A DNA stretch of 64,000 nt. Source: Octopus vulgaris. Lineage: Eukaryota. The notes beneath the pieces are model-generated. The model was not told the DNA's origin. It did no database searches and saw nothing but the letters and a program-made list of their open reading frames with translations. Position numbers and translations under genes: made by a program. Location: contig OX597828.1 in NCBI GenBank assembly GCA_951406725.2, forward strand, positions 19,964,001 through 20,028,000. Reading direction: 5' to 3'. Shown here in pieces: positions 1 through 13,005 of the stretch. Position 1 is the first letter of the stretch. The number at the start of each line of letters is the position of its first letter.

Positions 1-2
1 AG

Positions 3-80
3 CGTCGTCCTGGAAGACCTGCGGAGCTCAACGAGGAATTCCTGTTAACCCTGGTGGAACAAAATCCCATCGTAACTGTG
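3..80 (+). mobile_element. mariner-type transposase fragment (runs off the window start)
   Basis: Frame 3 reads RRPGRPAELNEEFLLTLVEQNPIVTV, matching the mariner R(S/P)GRP linker and start of the second HTH; cut by a SINE-B fragment at ~85-158. Confidence 0.6.
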
Positions 81-1158
81 CATCTTGGCTGACACTTAAT
101 TTATCGACCTCTGAAAGAATGAAAGACAAAATCGACCTCGGCAGAACTCGAACTCCGACATATTTGTATATGTAAAGAGAAAGATAACTTCATTATTGCA
201 AGTTTTATTTACTTATTACTTACGCCTAATTCTGAAGTAATACACAAATACAACATATTGCCATTTCCCGCCTTGAAAAACTCTGCTCTAGATGAAGTTT
301 TTGTCTGTTAAATGCATGGATAGACTCAATTAATCGAAGTGGTTTCAATTCACTACATATATATTAACTGATTAATGATGCTTTGATTTATTTCTTTGAT
401 CACTTATCAGGATATGTATGAGCTGTGTATGTTGTCATTGTGGTTTTCGCTCCACTTAACCTCTAACCAAGTGAACCAATGACCATAGGCATACCACCCG
501 TTGGTGGCCATCGCATCTTTTTAGGGATATCTAGAGCCACATATTTTAATGTGTCATTCCTATCATTTATTTTTAAAGATAACGACGTGCGGTTTGAAAG
601 GATTTCGACTGTTATTTCTAGGAGGTCCAACAACCACGACTGACCTTCTTCGTTTTCAAAAGTGCATCTAGTAAACAACGTCGGTATTTACTTGCATGTA
701 AACCTAAATGTTTTTCGTCATTTATCTCTATTATTTTCAAAGAAAAGCGCTATTTCTAGAACACCCAAACACCACATAGACACTCTATTTCTTGCAGGTC
801 CCACGACCACACAGAGAGACTCTTTTTTTTGCAGGTTCGACAACACTATACAAGCTCTATTTCTAGCATTGTCCGGCAACCACATGAAAAGTTTTCACAA
901 ATATATATGCGTATATAGCGAACGATGTGGATGTCTACAGGTGATGTGTACTGGCAAGTAAATTAGTCTGAAATGTTTTCACCTTTTATCGACATTATAG
1001 TCGAAAGAAAGGCTCCATTCACTTCATTCATCTGAAAAGAAGAGTCTTGTTGAATACTTGAGTGGCTTGCTACTAATGGGTTTCGTTGAATCGATTCATT
1101 ATCTTCAAAACTCTCTCAACTAAGCTAATGGATTTGCTAAATTTAGATTGCATTTTGC

Positions 1159-1682
1159 CAACACCTGTTGTGTTAGTATCCTACGGTTCCCAAACATATG
1201 CTAAACTAACATGGGTTTGTTAGCCCTTTAAGACGAAAATATTTGGACAATTACAAACGGTGGTATTCTCATAGTTTCGGTTTTACGCAGTATTTATTTA
1301 TCTTTGTGTAATTTCCAAGTCACTAACTTTCTATTAATTACAGTTACACTTATTTTTGATTTACTTACGATCACTCAGAACACTATTTGCCGAGCATCTG
1401 CTGGAAATAAATAAAAACAGAGAGCGTTATCTCCTCCTGTGAAATACGCTTTGGGTATTGTAGACATTTTTAACAATGATTTTATGGTCAAAACAGCGAT
1501 GCCTTTCATCACAAGTTAATTCGACCGCACTTTGTCAACACCTGTTGTGCTACTATCCTACGGTTCTCAAAAATATGCTAAACTAACATGGGTTTGTTAG
1601 CCCTTTAAGACGAAAATATTTGGACAATTACAAACGGTGGCATTCTCAAAGTTTCGCTTTTACGCAGTATTTCTCTATCTTT
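1159..1682. repeat. ~147-bp direct duplication (1159-1305 and 1536-1682)
   Basis: CAACACCTGTTGTG...ATATGCTAAACTAACATGGGTTTGTTAGCCCTTT...GGACAATTACAAACGGTGG...TTACGCAGTATTT occurs twice, 377 bp apart, with scattered substitutions. Confidence 0.9.
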
Positions 1683-2042
1683 CTAACTTGGGACAAAACA
1701 ACAACATTGACAACGACAACAACGACGAATCAAGCAGCCAGTTCCAATCGAGATATCAACAAATTGTATATTTTTACAAATTTCTCGAGAATTTCAAAAC
1801 TAGTTATTGCTGGTCGTAGTACAGAAAGTTATTACCGTATTTAATGCTATACAAAAGACACGTTTTTATTTGAAAAAAAATGTCTCAGAAAAATGGAAAA
1901 GAAGTACTAAATGCGAAGTTGGGCCTGTATTCTATGCCTTAATGAATCAAGACCTTATTTTTTCCTGAAAATGGGCTGCTGAAAATGGGACGTGTCTTAT
2001 ATATTCGTGCATCTTTTATGACATCAATTACAATACCAGCGA

Positions 2043-2660
2043 AGGCGGCGAGCTGGCAGGATTGTTACCACGCCGGGCGAAATGCTTAGCGGTATTTCAT
2101 CTCCCGTTACGTTCTGAGTTCAAATTCCGCCGAGGTCGACTTTGCCTTTCATCCCTTCGGGGTCGATTAAATAAGTACCAGTTACGCACTGGGGTCGATA
2201 TAATCGACTTAATCTGTCTGTCTATCCTTGTTTGTTCTCTCTGTCCTTAGCCCCTTGTGGTTAGTAAAGAAATAGGTATTTCGCCTGCCGCTGCGTTCTA
2301 AGTTCAAATTCCGCCGAAGTCGACTTCGCCTTTCATCATTTCGGGGTCGATAAATTAAGGACCAGTTAAGCACAGGGGTTGATGTAATCGACTTAATCTG
2401 TTTGTTTGTCCTTGTTTGTCCCCTCTATGTTTAGCCCCTTGTGGACAATAAAGACATAAGTACAATACCGGTGAAGGTAGCACGCTTAGTGCCGCTACGT
2501 TCAAATTCCGCCGAGATCGAATTTGCCTTTCATCTTTTCGGCGTCGATTAAATAAGTACCAGGTACGCAATGGGGTTCATGTAATCGACTTAAACCCGTT
2601 ATCTATCCTTGTTTGTCCCCTCTATGTTTAGCCGCCAGTGGGCGATAAAGTCATAAATAT
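2043..2660 (+). mobile_element. SINE family B, tandem of three units
   Basis: Head AGGCGGCGAGCTGGCAG, B-box-like GAGTTCAAATTCC, core GAGGTCGACTTTGCCTTTCATCCTTTCGGGGTCGATAAA (resembles the Meta/MESC SINE domain), tail GCCCCTTGTGG..AAAGAAATA. Confidence 0.85.
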
Positions 2661-3726
2661 AATACCAGTCCCAATATCATCAGCTGAGCTTGTCTGTAAT
2701 TCTTATAAGTTGATGAAAGCGTTTTTCACGTACCTTTGACATTGTTCAAACAGTCGAATGTAACTGACTTAGTAAGTTTTGTCTAAAAGGAGCTGTTACC
2801 TGTAGAACATATACAGCTCTCAGCCGAATCCACTTTCCCTCTCCAGCGGTGGCTGTCTTTTCAAGTGTTTACTACAGTAAGAGGATAAAGTAGAGGAAAT
2901 CCTGTGTTCTCAGTATTGCTCACTATTCCACACTTTTCACTGTAGCCTTCAGGTGTATATTCCTTTCAAATTTTGGCACAAGGGCAACGTTTCGAGGGAA
3001 GGGGCAAATGATTACCACAGTAATCATTTGGTACTTGTTTTTATCGACTCTGAAAGTATGAAAGCAAAGTCGACACCGGAGGAACTTGAAATCAGAACGT
3101 AAAGACGGATGAAATGACGCTCACTGACTTAAATATTGAGAGGACTGAAGATAGAGCTTTTCCTCTAGAGTAAGCCTCTATCATTTGCTTAGAGCACCAC
3201 ATGAAGACGAAGTTGCTGGAGAGAGAAGGTCTATCTTTCAGGTAAATTCATTAAAAATCGGTGAGAGTGACAAATACGCTTTAGTTAATAGCCGACTCTA
3301 AACATACGACTGTAGATAGAATGTCCCTACTGGAAGAACGCGCATGTCTTTGGTCAGAGTAATCTGATATCTGAGAGGTCTTTGATGTGTCGGGGAAAAA
3401 CGATTTTGATAACCTTTATTTGACAGGGAGCATGCAGCACATCCGTTCAGAAAATGCCTCTTCACTAAAAAATAGTATCACAAAAAAACAAAAAACAAAA
3501 AAAAAACTTTGATATCTTAGAAAATAAATGAAAAATATACAGAAATAAACAGAATAAAAATAGCTTGAAAGAGAAAAGAATCACGTTTCTGTCTATTTTT
3601 ATACTGATGAGATTGATCTTGACTTGTTTCTTAACAATAACGATGATAACAGCAACAACAACAAAACAGCAAAAGCCACAACAAAAATTTTTACACAGCG
3701 TTACCAATATCTCGTGTAAATTAAGT

Positions 3727-4073
3727 ATATACATATAAACATACATGTACATACACACTTTCATACATACATACATACGTAAGTATATGCATACATGAAT
3801 ATATTCATAGTGCGTACAAACGTACACACATGCGTACATACATACATATATACGTACATGCATACATACATACGTACCTACGTAAATACACACATAGTAC
3901 ACACATATACATACATATGTATATGTACATGCATACATATGTACGTACATACATACATATATACATGTATACGTACGTACATACATTCATATATACATAC
4001 GTACGTACATTCGTACATACGTACATACATACATACATACATACATACATACATACATACATACATACATACA

Positions 4074-4102
<29 letters not shown>
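3727..4102. repeat. (TACA)n microsatellite, degenerate then perfect
   Basis: Directly visible; source of the HTYI/MYVC ORFs. Confidence 0.95.
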
Positions 4103-4105
<3 letters not shown>

Positions 4106-4810
4106 ACCATTCATAATAAAAAGGAGTATTGGTGGAATGTACCTCAATAAAATGTAAGCACAACAGACCTGATATAATGATTTGGGATTGAGAAGAGAGA
4201 CTGTGCACAGTTGTGGAAATTAGCTGTCCAGCGGATGTTAACACAAAGCTGGAGATCAGTGAAAAAGAGAACACCTATGCTAAACTATAGAGAAATCTAC
4301 AGTTACTATATCCAGGTTACAAGTTCAGGTTTATACCTGTAATTATTGGGCCCTGTGATATGTAACACACTGCCTGAATACCAAATTTGAGAAATTAGCA
4401 GTAATGTGACCAAGGAATTGTCTCCTTGCTCGAAAGATTTGTCTAAGAAGGAGGAGAATGTGGGTGACTCCATGGATTTAACATTCTTTATTTCCCTTTC
4501 AAAAGCACGGGAGCGTTTCAGGTTTGTGAACTGTCGGCGGCGCGGAAGCCGAATTAGGCTGGCAGTGCAAAACAAAAGGGAGAGGGTTAATTCGAAGACC
4601 ACAGATCCAGTCCATCACTGGAGCTGCAAAAATCTGTAAAACCTTCAAGAAATTTATCATTTAAATATATATGAGCGTGTCTAGATATGCAGGTACATGT
4701 ATGAGAATACATACAAAATAGATATAAATATGCACGAACATACATATAAACATACATACATACACAAATACACACTCATACATACATACATACATACATA
4801 CATACATACA

Positions 4811-4841
<31 letters not shown>

Positions 4842-4965
4842 GTACATACATACAAACAAAAATACCCTGTTATTGATGTTGAAATTCCAATGAAGGATCA
4901 TTGGATCTAGGTTAGAAACCAGTTTTTTCTCTATTGGAAAGGAATCTTCAAATAAACTGAATAAA
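4103..4965 (+). mobile_element. 3' fragment of an RLE-type non-LTR retrotransposon (R4/NeSL/HERO-like), pseudogenised
   Basis: Translation across stops/frameshift: KKEYWWNVP..KCKHNRPDIMIWD*EERLCTVVEISCPADVN..EKENTYAKL*RNLQLLYPGYKFRFIPVIIGP, a PD-(D/E)xK restriction-like endonuclease C-terminus; 3' UTR with internal TACA tract ending ATCTTCAAATAAACTGAATAA. Second copy at 50971-51350. Confidence 0.8.
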
Positions 4966-4997
4966 GAAATCATCATCATCAACATAATTATCGTCAG

Positions 4998-5044
<47 letters not shown>

Positions 5045-5084
5045 GCAGCAACATCATCATCATCATCATCATTATTATTTAACT

Positions 5085-5293
5085 AGGCGAGTTGGCAGAA
5101 TCGTTAGCACGCTGGACGAAATGTTTAGCGGCATTTCGCCTGTCGCTACCTTCTGAGTTCAAATTTCACCAAGGTCGACTTTGCCTTTCATCCTTTTGCG
5201 GTCGATAAATTAAATACCAGTGAAACACTGGGGTCGATGTAATCGATTATACCCCTCATCCAAAGTTCAGGCCTTGTGTCTTTAGTAGAAAGG

Positions 5294-5295
<2 letters not shown>
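5085..5295 (+). mobile_element. SINE family B, variant tail B2
   Basis: Same head and core as 2043 but tail CAGGCCTTGTGTCTTTAGTAGAAAGGAT running into a trinucleotide tract. Confidence 0.8.
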
Positions 5296-5324
<29 letters not shown>

Positions 5325-5761
5325 CCATCACCATCACCAGTAGTATAGATTATTTCTGTTATTGCTTTGTTATTATCATCGCTGTTCTTGCGGTATATCG
5401 TACTACTGCTGCTGCTACTGCTGCTGCTGCTGTTGTTGTTGTTGCTGGTGTTGTTGTTGTTGAAAAGAAGCCAACAACATACCGGAAGTAGACTAGCAAC
5501 CACGAAAGCATGGCTTAAAATGTTTGCACAAGTGCATATATAAACACATTACGGAAAGCAATAATGGAATGTATGTGTGTTTAGGGGTTTGTATGGGACG
5601 GTGGTATTCCAATGGATTAATCAGTGATGAATAAGATGGTGGTGGTGCTGTTGGTGGTTGCGGTGATGCTGGATAAATATTTATTTGACTCTGCAGAATT
5701 TTATCATTTCCTCCTTGCGGTATTTTATATCTTTGCTATATTGTTGTTCCTGTTGTTGTTG

Positions 5762-5897
<136 letters not shown>

Positions 5898-5910
5898 TGT
5901 TTATAAACAT

Positions 5911-6058
5911 CATAGGCGAAGGGGTGGCTGTGTGGTAAGTAGCTTGCTTACAAACCACATGGTTCCGGGTTCAGTCCTACTGCGCGTGGCACCATGGGCA
6001 AGTATCTTCTACTATTGCCTCGAGCCGAACAAAGTCTTGTGAGTGTATTTGGTAGACA
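5911..6058 (+). mobile_element. SINE family C, 5' head only
   Basis: CATAGGCG..GGCTGTGTGGTAAGTAGCTTGCT..CCACATGGTTCCGGGTTCAGTCC..GGGCAAGT, as in full copies at 44053 and 48571. Confidence 0.8.
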
Positions 6059-6160
6059 AATTCTGTGTTTGCTCTCTGGCTGAGTTTTATCAATCTTTGC
6101 CTTCATCAGATTAATCCTAATGGTTTGTTCCTGAGCGAATATAATTAGTGCTTCGACCAT
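6055..6160 (-). mobile_element. small R4/Dong-type ORF fragment
   Basis: VEALIIFAQEQTIRINLMKAKIDKTQPESKHRIC parallels the pre-zinc-knuckle segment (TEGFLIAAQDQSLPTRNY..CRIC) of the 31-33 kb element. Confidence 0.65.
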
Positions 6161-6225
6161 CTGTTTCCTCGTTCGACCATCTGCTTCTTCGTTCGCCCGT
6201 TATACTCTAGCTAGTTAGAGAGCCG

Positions 6226-6262
<37 letters not shown>

Positions 6263-7383
6263 CTGTAGAAAGAAGAGAGGAAGAAGTAGAGAAAGGTGAT
6301 TAGTATGAATACACTTAGGCCAAATGTGTCACGTGATCAGCTGAAGGTAGAGGCGAAGAACGAGAGAAAAAGACGGCGAGAGAAGAAGAGGGAGAGAGAA
6401 GTGTTGACGACATGCAATGGGATGCGGAAGGAATACTTATTATGTGGTTTAAAAGTTACCAAGAGAGAAGGGTGAAGAGAAAAGCTATGTTTAGGATACA
6501 ATATTTAGCAGAAAGTGATGTTCTGGTGGTAAGGTTAAAGAACGGTAGAAAGAGTCACTTGTAGCGAGCATCGCATAATGCATGCGCATAAGTGCAATTG
6601 TTTATTGTGTGATCGCTTAAAAAAATTGAAATTTCTGTATAAGGATTAATTTAGTCTAAACTATGGATTCACAAGATACACGGTTGCAAGCTATCCGAGA
6701 AAGGATGTGTAGATATAGAGCAAGGATGAGAGAGGAATAGCGAAGATATAATAAAAAAACAACAAAAATAACAACACTGTCGGAATCGTAAGGAAATGAA
6801 TGTAGACGAAAGTCAGGTATATTTAAAGAAAGCTAAACTATGAATGCTATAAAATGCAAATCTTCTTTTCTTTCTTAAATATGTCTTAATTTTTCTTCAT
6901 TTCGTGGAAGGAATTTACACGGGTCCCACTAGTTATTATTATATTAAAAGGATTGCATTTCCGGAAGATTCAATAAGGCGCTTGAACAAAATATGCGTTC
7001 AGTTATTGAGTTACATCCCCTTGTTTTCCTTTCTGATTTCAAATCCTACCAAAGTTTAGTTTACCTTTTCTTACTCTATAGTCAATAAAATAACTACCCT
7101 TGACTGAAGGACGTTGATTTCAATATTCCAAACCTTCTTTTCGTATATTGAAACTCATCAACATTTAAAACACTGTCCGTAATTGTATCTGTAATGATTG
7201 ATTTCAATTCAATACACAGAAAGTAGCTATGTTGTTCTGAATTATTGGAAGCGTTTCGTCTTTGTTTAATCTATTTTGTATTGTTTCAACAATACTCTGT
7301 GTAATAGGTATGAAACACATAATACCTAGTACATAATATGTATGAAATATCTATTTCCATTGATTTTAGATGTATAATATAAT

Positions 7384-7414
<31 letters not shown>

Positions 7415-7647
7415 AGTGTTAGATGTGATGTACAGAATTGAATATTGAAAAAAAGTCGCCAGAATTTTGGAAAGAACTTTTTTTATTATTATGTTTTCAC
7501 TTTCATATCAGCGCTTTCGTTCGTCTTTCGAACTTGTCAAATACAATTCTGCAAATATATAGATATCTTGCTTATTTATATAAAACGGATGTCTATAAGA
7601 AAACACTTTTTTCCTTTGTTTTTGGGGTGAAGCTTTGAAGACAATGG

Positions 7648-7697
<50 letters not shown>

Positions 7698-7899
7698 TAT
7701 AGATGGATAGATAGATAGATAGACAGACAAATAGACAGACAGAGAGATAGACAGATAAATAGATATGTAGTCAGACAGATAGAAAGATGGGTAGAGTAAA
7801 AGAGAGAGAGAAGGGCTATTCATTTTTCTATCCACCACTTTTCATTGAATTGAAATGGTATTTTTAAGGATTGTCAAATAAATACATAAATAAAGTAAA

Positions 7900-9287
7900 A
7901 TCTATATATATTACTGGATCTTTAATTCGTCACAAGGCATCTATTGTTATAGAGGTTAATTTCCCTTTCAATCACCAAGTCCTGGTTACTTCCATGTCAA
8001 GATCTTTATATTTGGGAAAATTTTCTCTTTCATTTGAAAAACACATTACCGTTTATTAAGGGTGATATTTCAGCTAGGATGACTTCCTTTCCTGATAGAC
8101 CTTCACAACAAAATGTGACTGATCATCCTCGATCTCCTTCTCTGTGTGGATTGGTATGTCCTTAATACTGCCGTTTTGCCATGCTGCGAGACCTTTTCTG
8201 ATACATACTACCTGATTTCTGTTGGTATTTCATTATTCCTCATGTATCCAAAACCTCAAACTCTATCATGTTATACGTAGTCTCTCTTGATTAACACAAA
8301 GCAACCATACAAAATATGGTTACATGTGTTTTTTCCCGATCGCCACATACTCAGCAATTAATACATCATTATTTTACTTTATTACATGTATTTTGGTAGT
8401 TTCTGGTGGGAAAGATTTGATCTTGTGCCATAATCGATAATATTTCAATTCCAATTTTCAGTCCTGTACTGTTCAAGTCAAGATGCAATTATTCTTTCTC
8501 AATTACTACGCTGTTCTGGTGTTTTTTGTTAACCATTTTAACGTTAGTTGCCATCCGTTCAGCATGACTTTCCGTAGTCTCATTTTCAGTTCAATTTCGT
8601 TTTTTTTTTAAAATAAACTTTCAGCTATTGTTTCTTCTTTCTGTTACTTCAAAATTTAGTGGAGGCGCAATGGCCCAGTGGTTAGGGCAGCGGACTCGCG
8701 GTCGTAGGATCGCGGTTTCGATTCCCAGACCGGGCGTTGTGGGTGTTTATTGAGCGAAAACACCTAAAGCTCCACGATGCTCCGGCAGGGATGGTGGTGA
8801 TCCCTGCTGTACTCTTTCACCACAACTTTCTCTCACTCTTACTTCCTGTTTCTGTTGTACTTGTATTTCAAAGGACCGGCCTTGTCACTCTCTGTGTCAC
8901 GCTGAATATCCCCGAGAACTACGTTAAGGGTGCACTTGTCTGTGGAGTGCTCAGCCACTTACACGTTAATTTCAAGAGCAGGCTGTTCCGTTTATCGGAT
9001 CAACCGGAACCCTCGTCGTCGTAACCGACGGAGTGCTTCCAAAAAAAAAACCTTCAAAATTTAACTTGGCTTTGTCGTATTTTATGTCTTCAAAAGAAAG
9101 AGAAAACAGATTTTGTACTATGCTAGTGTTTTGTAGCTATGTGTATTAGTATCCCATTGTTCTTTACTAAATATGTTTGTAGTCCTACAGTGGTTATTTC
9201 ATAGTAGTTTTCTAGTTCCATAAGGGCTCCTAAAGCTCCTTGTGTTCATGTTCAATATACTTTTTCTATGTCAGATTTCTTAATGCA
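7900..9287 (-). mobile_element. old degenerate R4/Dong retrotransposon 3' part, interrupted by a SINE-A
   Basis: Minus-strand remnants KSDIEKVY..MELENYYEITTVGLQTYL, MAQDQIFPTRNYQ, HDRV, LRDIPIHTEKEI, KYKDLDMEVTRTW are colinear with the 31-33 kb ORF. Confidence 0.8.
8661..9050 (+). mobile_element. SINE family A (tRNA-derived), full length with TSD
   Basis: A-box TGGCCCAGTGG, B-box GGTTTCGATTCC, poly-A end, 12-bp TSD CTTCAAAATTTA (8647-8658 / 9052-9063). Confidence 0.92.
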
Positions 9288-9312
9288 AACATTATCGTCG
9301 TTGTCGTTGTCG

Positions 9313-9343
<31 letters not shown>

Positions 9344-9433
9344 ATCATCATCATAATCAGTCGTCATCATATCTCATCATCATCATCATCATAATCATCA
9401 TCATAATCATCATCATCATCATTGTCGTTGTCG

Positions 9434-9464
<31 letters not shown>

Positions 9465-9501
9465 AATATCATCATAATCATCATCATCATCATTCGTCGT
9501 C

Positions 9502-9553
<52 letters not shown>

Positions 9554-9554
<1 letters not shown>

Positions 9555-9679
9555 AAGCGGCGAGCTGGCAGAAACGCTAGCACGCCGGGCATACCAAGAC
9601 AAAACAATGTACATGATAACACTTCCAATCAGTTAAGATCAGAAGCCGCGAGAGCCACTGCCTGGTACTGCATCAGGGC

Positions 9680-9681
<2 letters not shown>
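9554..9681. mobile_element. chimera: SINE-B head (9554-9590) fused to a terminal ~90 bp of the 550-bp TAA-bounded element
   Basis: AAGCGGCGAGCTGGCAGAAACGCTAGCACGCCGGGC joined to ATACCAAGACAAAACAATGTACATG...GCATCAGGGCAT; (TTA)n on both sides. Confidence 0.8.
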
Positions 9682-9749
<68 letters not shown>

Positions 9750-10152
9750 TTTCTTCTTCTTCTTCTTCTTCTTCTTATTATTATTATTATTATTAGTAGT
9801 AATAGTAATTTCTTATTTTGCCACAAGGCCAGTAGTAGTAATAGATATGGAATTGTTCTATGAAAACTGGTTATGAGTGTAACGCTAAGCACTGGGGCAA
9901 AATATCCCGTAGCATTGACTTACGTCCGTCTTCATTAAATTTGAGGATTGACAACTCTTCCGAAGCGGTGGAGTGGGGGTGTTGCTCTCGATAAACTGAG
10001 TAACAATGAAGTACTTGGGATCAATTAATTATCAATTACTCTCTCATTGTAATTGTGATTAATTTCATAAGTATTGATTTCTGCTTCAATCATAATGCAT
10101 TTGAAGTATATTTACCGAGAAATGGAATAATGAAGAATAGTAAAAGCCAATA

Positions 10153-10164
10153 TTAATAATAATG

Positions 10165-10195
<31 letters not shown>

Positions 10196-10215
10196 TAATA
10201 ATAATAATAATAATG

Positions 10216-10276
<61 letters not shown>

Positions 10277-10296
10277 TGATGATGATGATGATGATG

Positions 10297-10351
<55 letters not shown>

Positions 10352-10877
10352 TAATAATAATACATTACTGTATTACGGGTACATGTTATAGTAGTGGGGT
10401 TAGCGGTGGAAATGAGGGTGGAAACTGATTAATATGGGTCGATACGCTAATATCCTGTTCATGCAACATTTAAACTGTGGATGCTGCAAGAATTGAAGAG
10501 AGAGAAAAGTAAAAGAATGAAGGTGGAAGGAAAGGAAGTAGACGAAGAAAAAAAAGAACAGCTACAAAAACGAATAAATACAGAAATAAAGAAGTTGAGT
10601 AAAAGAGAAAAGTAGATTAGGAATAAGATATATCTGGAGAAAAAATTACTATAGTCATCATCATCATCATCAGCATCATCATCATTATGTTCATCATCAC
10701 CATCATCATCACAACCACCACCACCACCACCACCACCATTATCATCATCATCATCATCATATTGTTGTTATTGCTGTTATTAATATTATTGTTATTATTA
10801 TTGTTATTGTTATTGTTATTCTTCGTCTTCTTCTTCTTCTTCTTCTTCTTCTTCTTCTTCTTCTTCTTCTTCTTCTT

Positions 10878-10936
<59 letters not shown>

Positions 10937-11165
10937 CCTTCTACTACTACTACTTCCTCTTCTTCTACTTCTTCTCCTTCTACTACTACTACTTCCTCTT
11001 CTTCTACTTCTTCTCCTTCTACTACTACTACTTCTTCTTCTTCTCCTTCTCCTTCTACTACTACTTCTTCTTCTTCTCGTTCTACTACTACTACTACTAC
11101 TATTTCTTCTTCTTCTCCTTCTCCTTCTACTACTACTACTTCTTCTTCTTCTTCCTCTTCTCCTT

Positions 11166-11202
<37 letters not shown>

Positions 11203-11260
11203 TATTTCTTCTTCTTCTCCTTCTTCTACTACCTCTTCTTCTTCTTCTTCTTATTATTAT
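10153..11260. repeat. compound trinucleotide microsatellites (TAA/TGA; ATC-ACC-TTG-TTC-TAC)
   Basis: Directly visible; tracts 10153-10362 and 10655-11260. Confidence 0.95.
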
Positions 11261-11261
11261 T

Positions 11262-11812
11262 GAGTGAGTGAGAGAGCAGTGCATGCCATCAAAGTAACAT
11301 TGGGGTAAAATATGCGAAGCCCAGTATACCCATCTTGACTATCCGTCTGATAAGGGTACGCCATATACATGCATCACAGCAGTATGTACGAGACATGGTG
11401 ATCTCATATCGAGGTAAACAGCGCATCACCTTGCAGGTGGGGCCCAGTTAGAATTTTCTTCAAGTCGATTAGCCCATCCCACTCAAAAGGTCCCTGAGTA
11501 AAGGTTGTTTAAGGATGCTGACCCATGATTCCAAAGGTGAATTATCCAAACCTCTAAGAATACCTCACAACACATGGCTATGATGCTCCCCCACTACTTC
11601 TGCTTGTGATCAGAGATGAACATATCATCAACCACTAAGGGACATGCTCAACTGGTTAAGGTCAAACAACTGTCAAGCAAATCTGTGGTATTGAGCAGAA
11701 TATTTGCTATAGTCCATCTTTTATACCAACACAAAACAATGTACATGATAACACTCTCAATCAGTAAAATGAGAGGCCATGCGAGCCACTGCCTAGTACT
11801 GCATCAGGGCAT
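11262..11812 (-). mobile_element. ~550-bp non-coding interspersed element bounded by (TAA)n
   Basis: Homologous to 40584-41108 and 9591-9681; no ORF of note; TTA repeats on both flanks. Strand inferred from TAA polarity of the Dong copies. Confidence 0.8.
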
Positions 11813-11834
11813 TTATTATTATTATTATTATTAC

Positions 11835-11961
<127 letters not shown>

Positions 11962-12279
11962 TGAAGCAGTAGTAGTAGTAGTTCTAGTAGCAGCTGTAGC
12001 ACAGGCAGCGGCGACAGCAGCAGCAGCAGTAGTTGTAACAGTGGTAGTAGATTAATGACCTCGAAAATTTGGCCTCAGAGATCGCAAAATATTTTAAAGT
12101 GTTGGTTCATAACATAGGCACAAACGGAATATATAAAAGTCAGTGCTTCTACCATAAAATGTTAGGATTTTATAAAATCAATATTGCAGTTTTTCACAGT
12201 AGCAGCTGTTCTCTTATTTCCTTCTTTTTGCATTTCTGCCTGTGATGAATATATGTTTTATCTCTTAGCCTTTACTTGC

Positions 12280-12946
12280 CTCACCATTGTGGTTGGAAAT
12301 AAGGTAAAGGATGACTAGTCTGAGAAAATAACGTTCTTCCACTGCTCTAGGGAACAATTCTGTAGGTTTTTACTCTACGCTAAACGCATTGCAACGTTTC
12401 TTTTTCAAAGTAGTGGTTTTCTGATAGCAGCCCTCCCGTGAAATCCAGTTTTGTGCAGCGCGCGGCGAACAGTTTTTGTGGAAACTGGGTTCTCGATTTG
12501 ATCATTAAGCTCGGCAGTAATTTTTGGAGCTGTACATTTTGATCTTTTCTAACAATCCGCGTAAGAGTCCGAAAGTCTTGATTTTCTTCCGGAGTTTTGT
12601 TTCGATGAGGAGGTTTTTCGCTCTTTTATCAAAGACTGTCATTACTTTCGAGACAGTACTTTTTGATACACCAAACATTTCGACTTTTTTGGTTAAGCTA
12701 GTGCCAGCCATACGAGCACTAACAATTTGACCTCTTTAAAAGTCCGATAGATCTACAATTTTAACGAATTTTAATCAAACTTTTCTGATGATATCCGAAA
12801 GGAAAAACAGCAATTTTATTTAGCAAAACATATTAAACAACACAAATAATAAATAAAAGAACATAAAAATAAACAAGCTTTTGACAGTTTTATAGATATT
12901 TCAAAATGATGACGCTAGGTGTTTCCATTATTTTGTCCAACCCCTA
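12280..12946 (-). mobile_element. Tc1-like transposon, 5' half, pseudogenised
   Basis: TIR-like (T)AGGGGTTGGACAAAATAATGGAAACACCT at the (TA)n; translation DLSDF*RGQIVSARMAGTSLTKKVEMFGVSKSTVSKVM..KITAELND..VSTKTVRRALHKTGFHGRAAIRKPLL..WKNVIFSD*SSF. Confidence 0.9.
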
Positions 12947-12948
12947 TA

Positions 12949-13002
<54 letters not shown>

Positions 13003-13005
<3 letters not shown>

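Noticed and set aside
2690-3460. Possible CR1/L2 LINE remnant or exon
   Set aside because: Only vague resemblance; no diagnostic motif could be read.
8661-8735. tRNA gene
   Set aside because: A/B boxes belong to a SINE head followed by body, tail and TSD; no complete cloverleaf.
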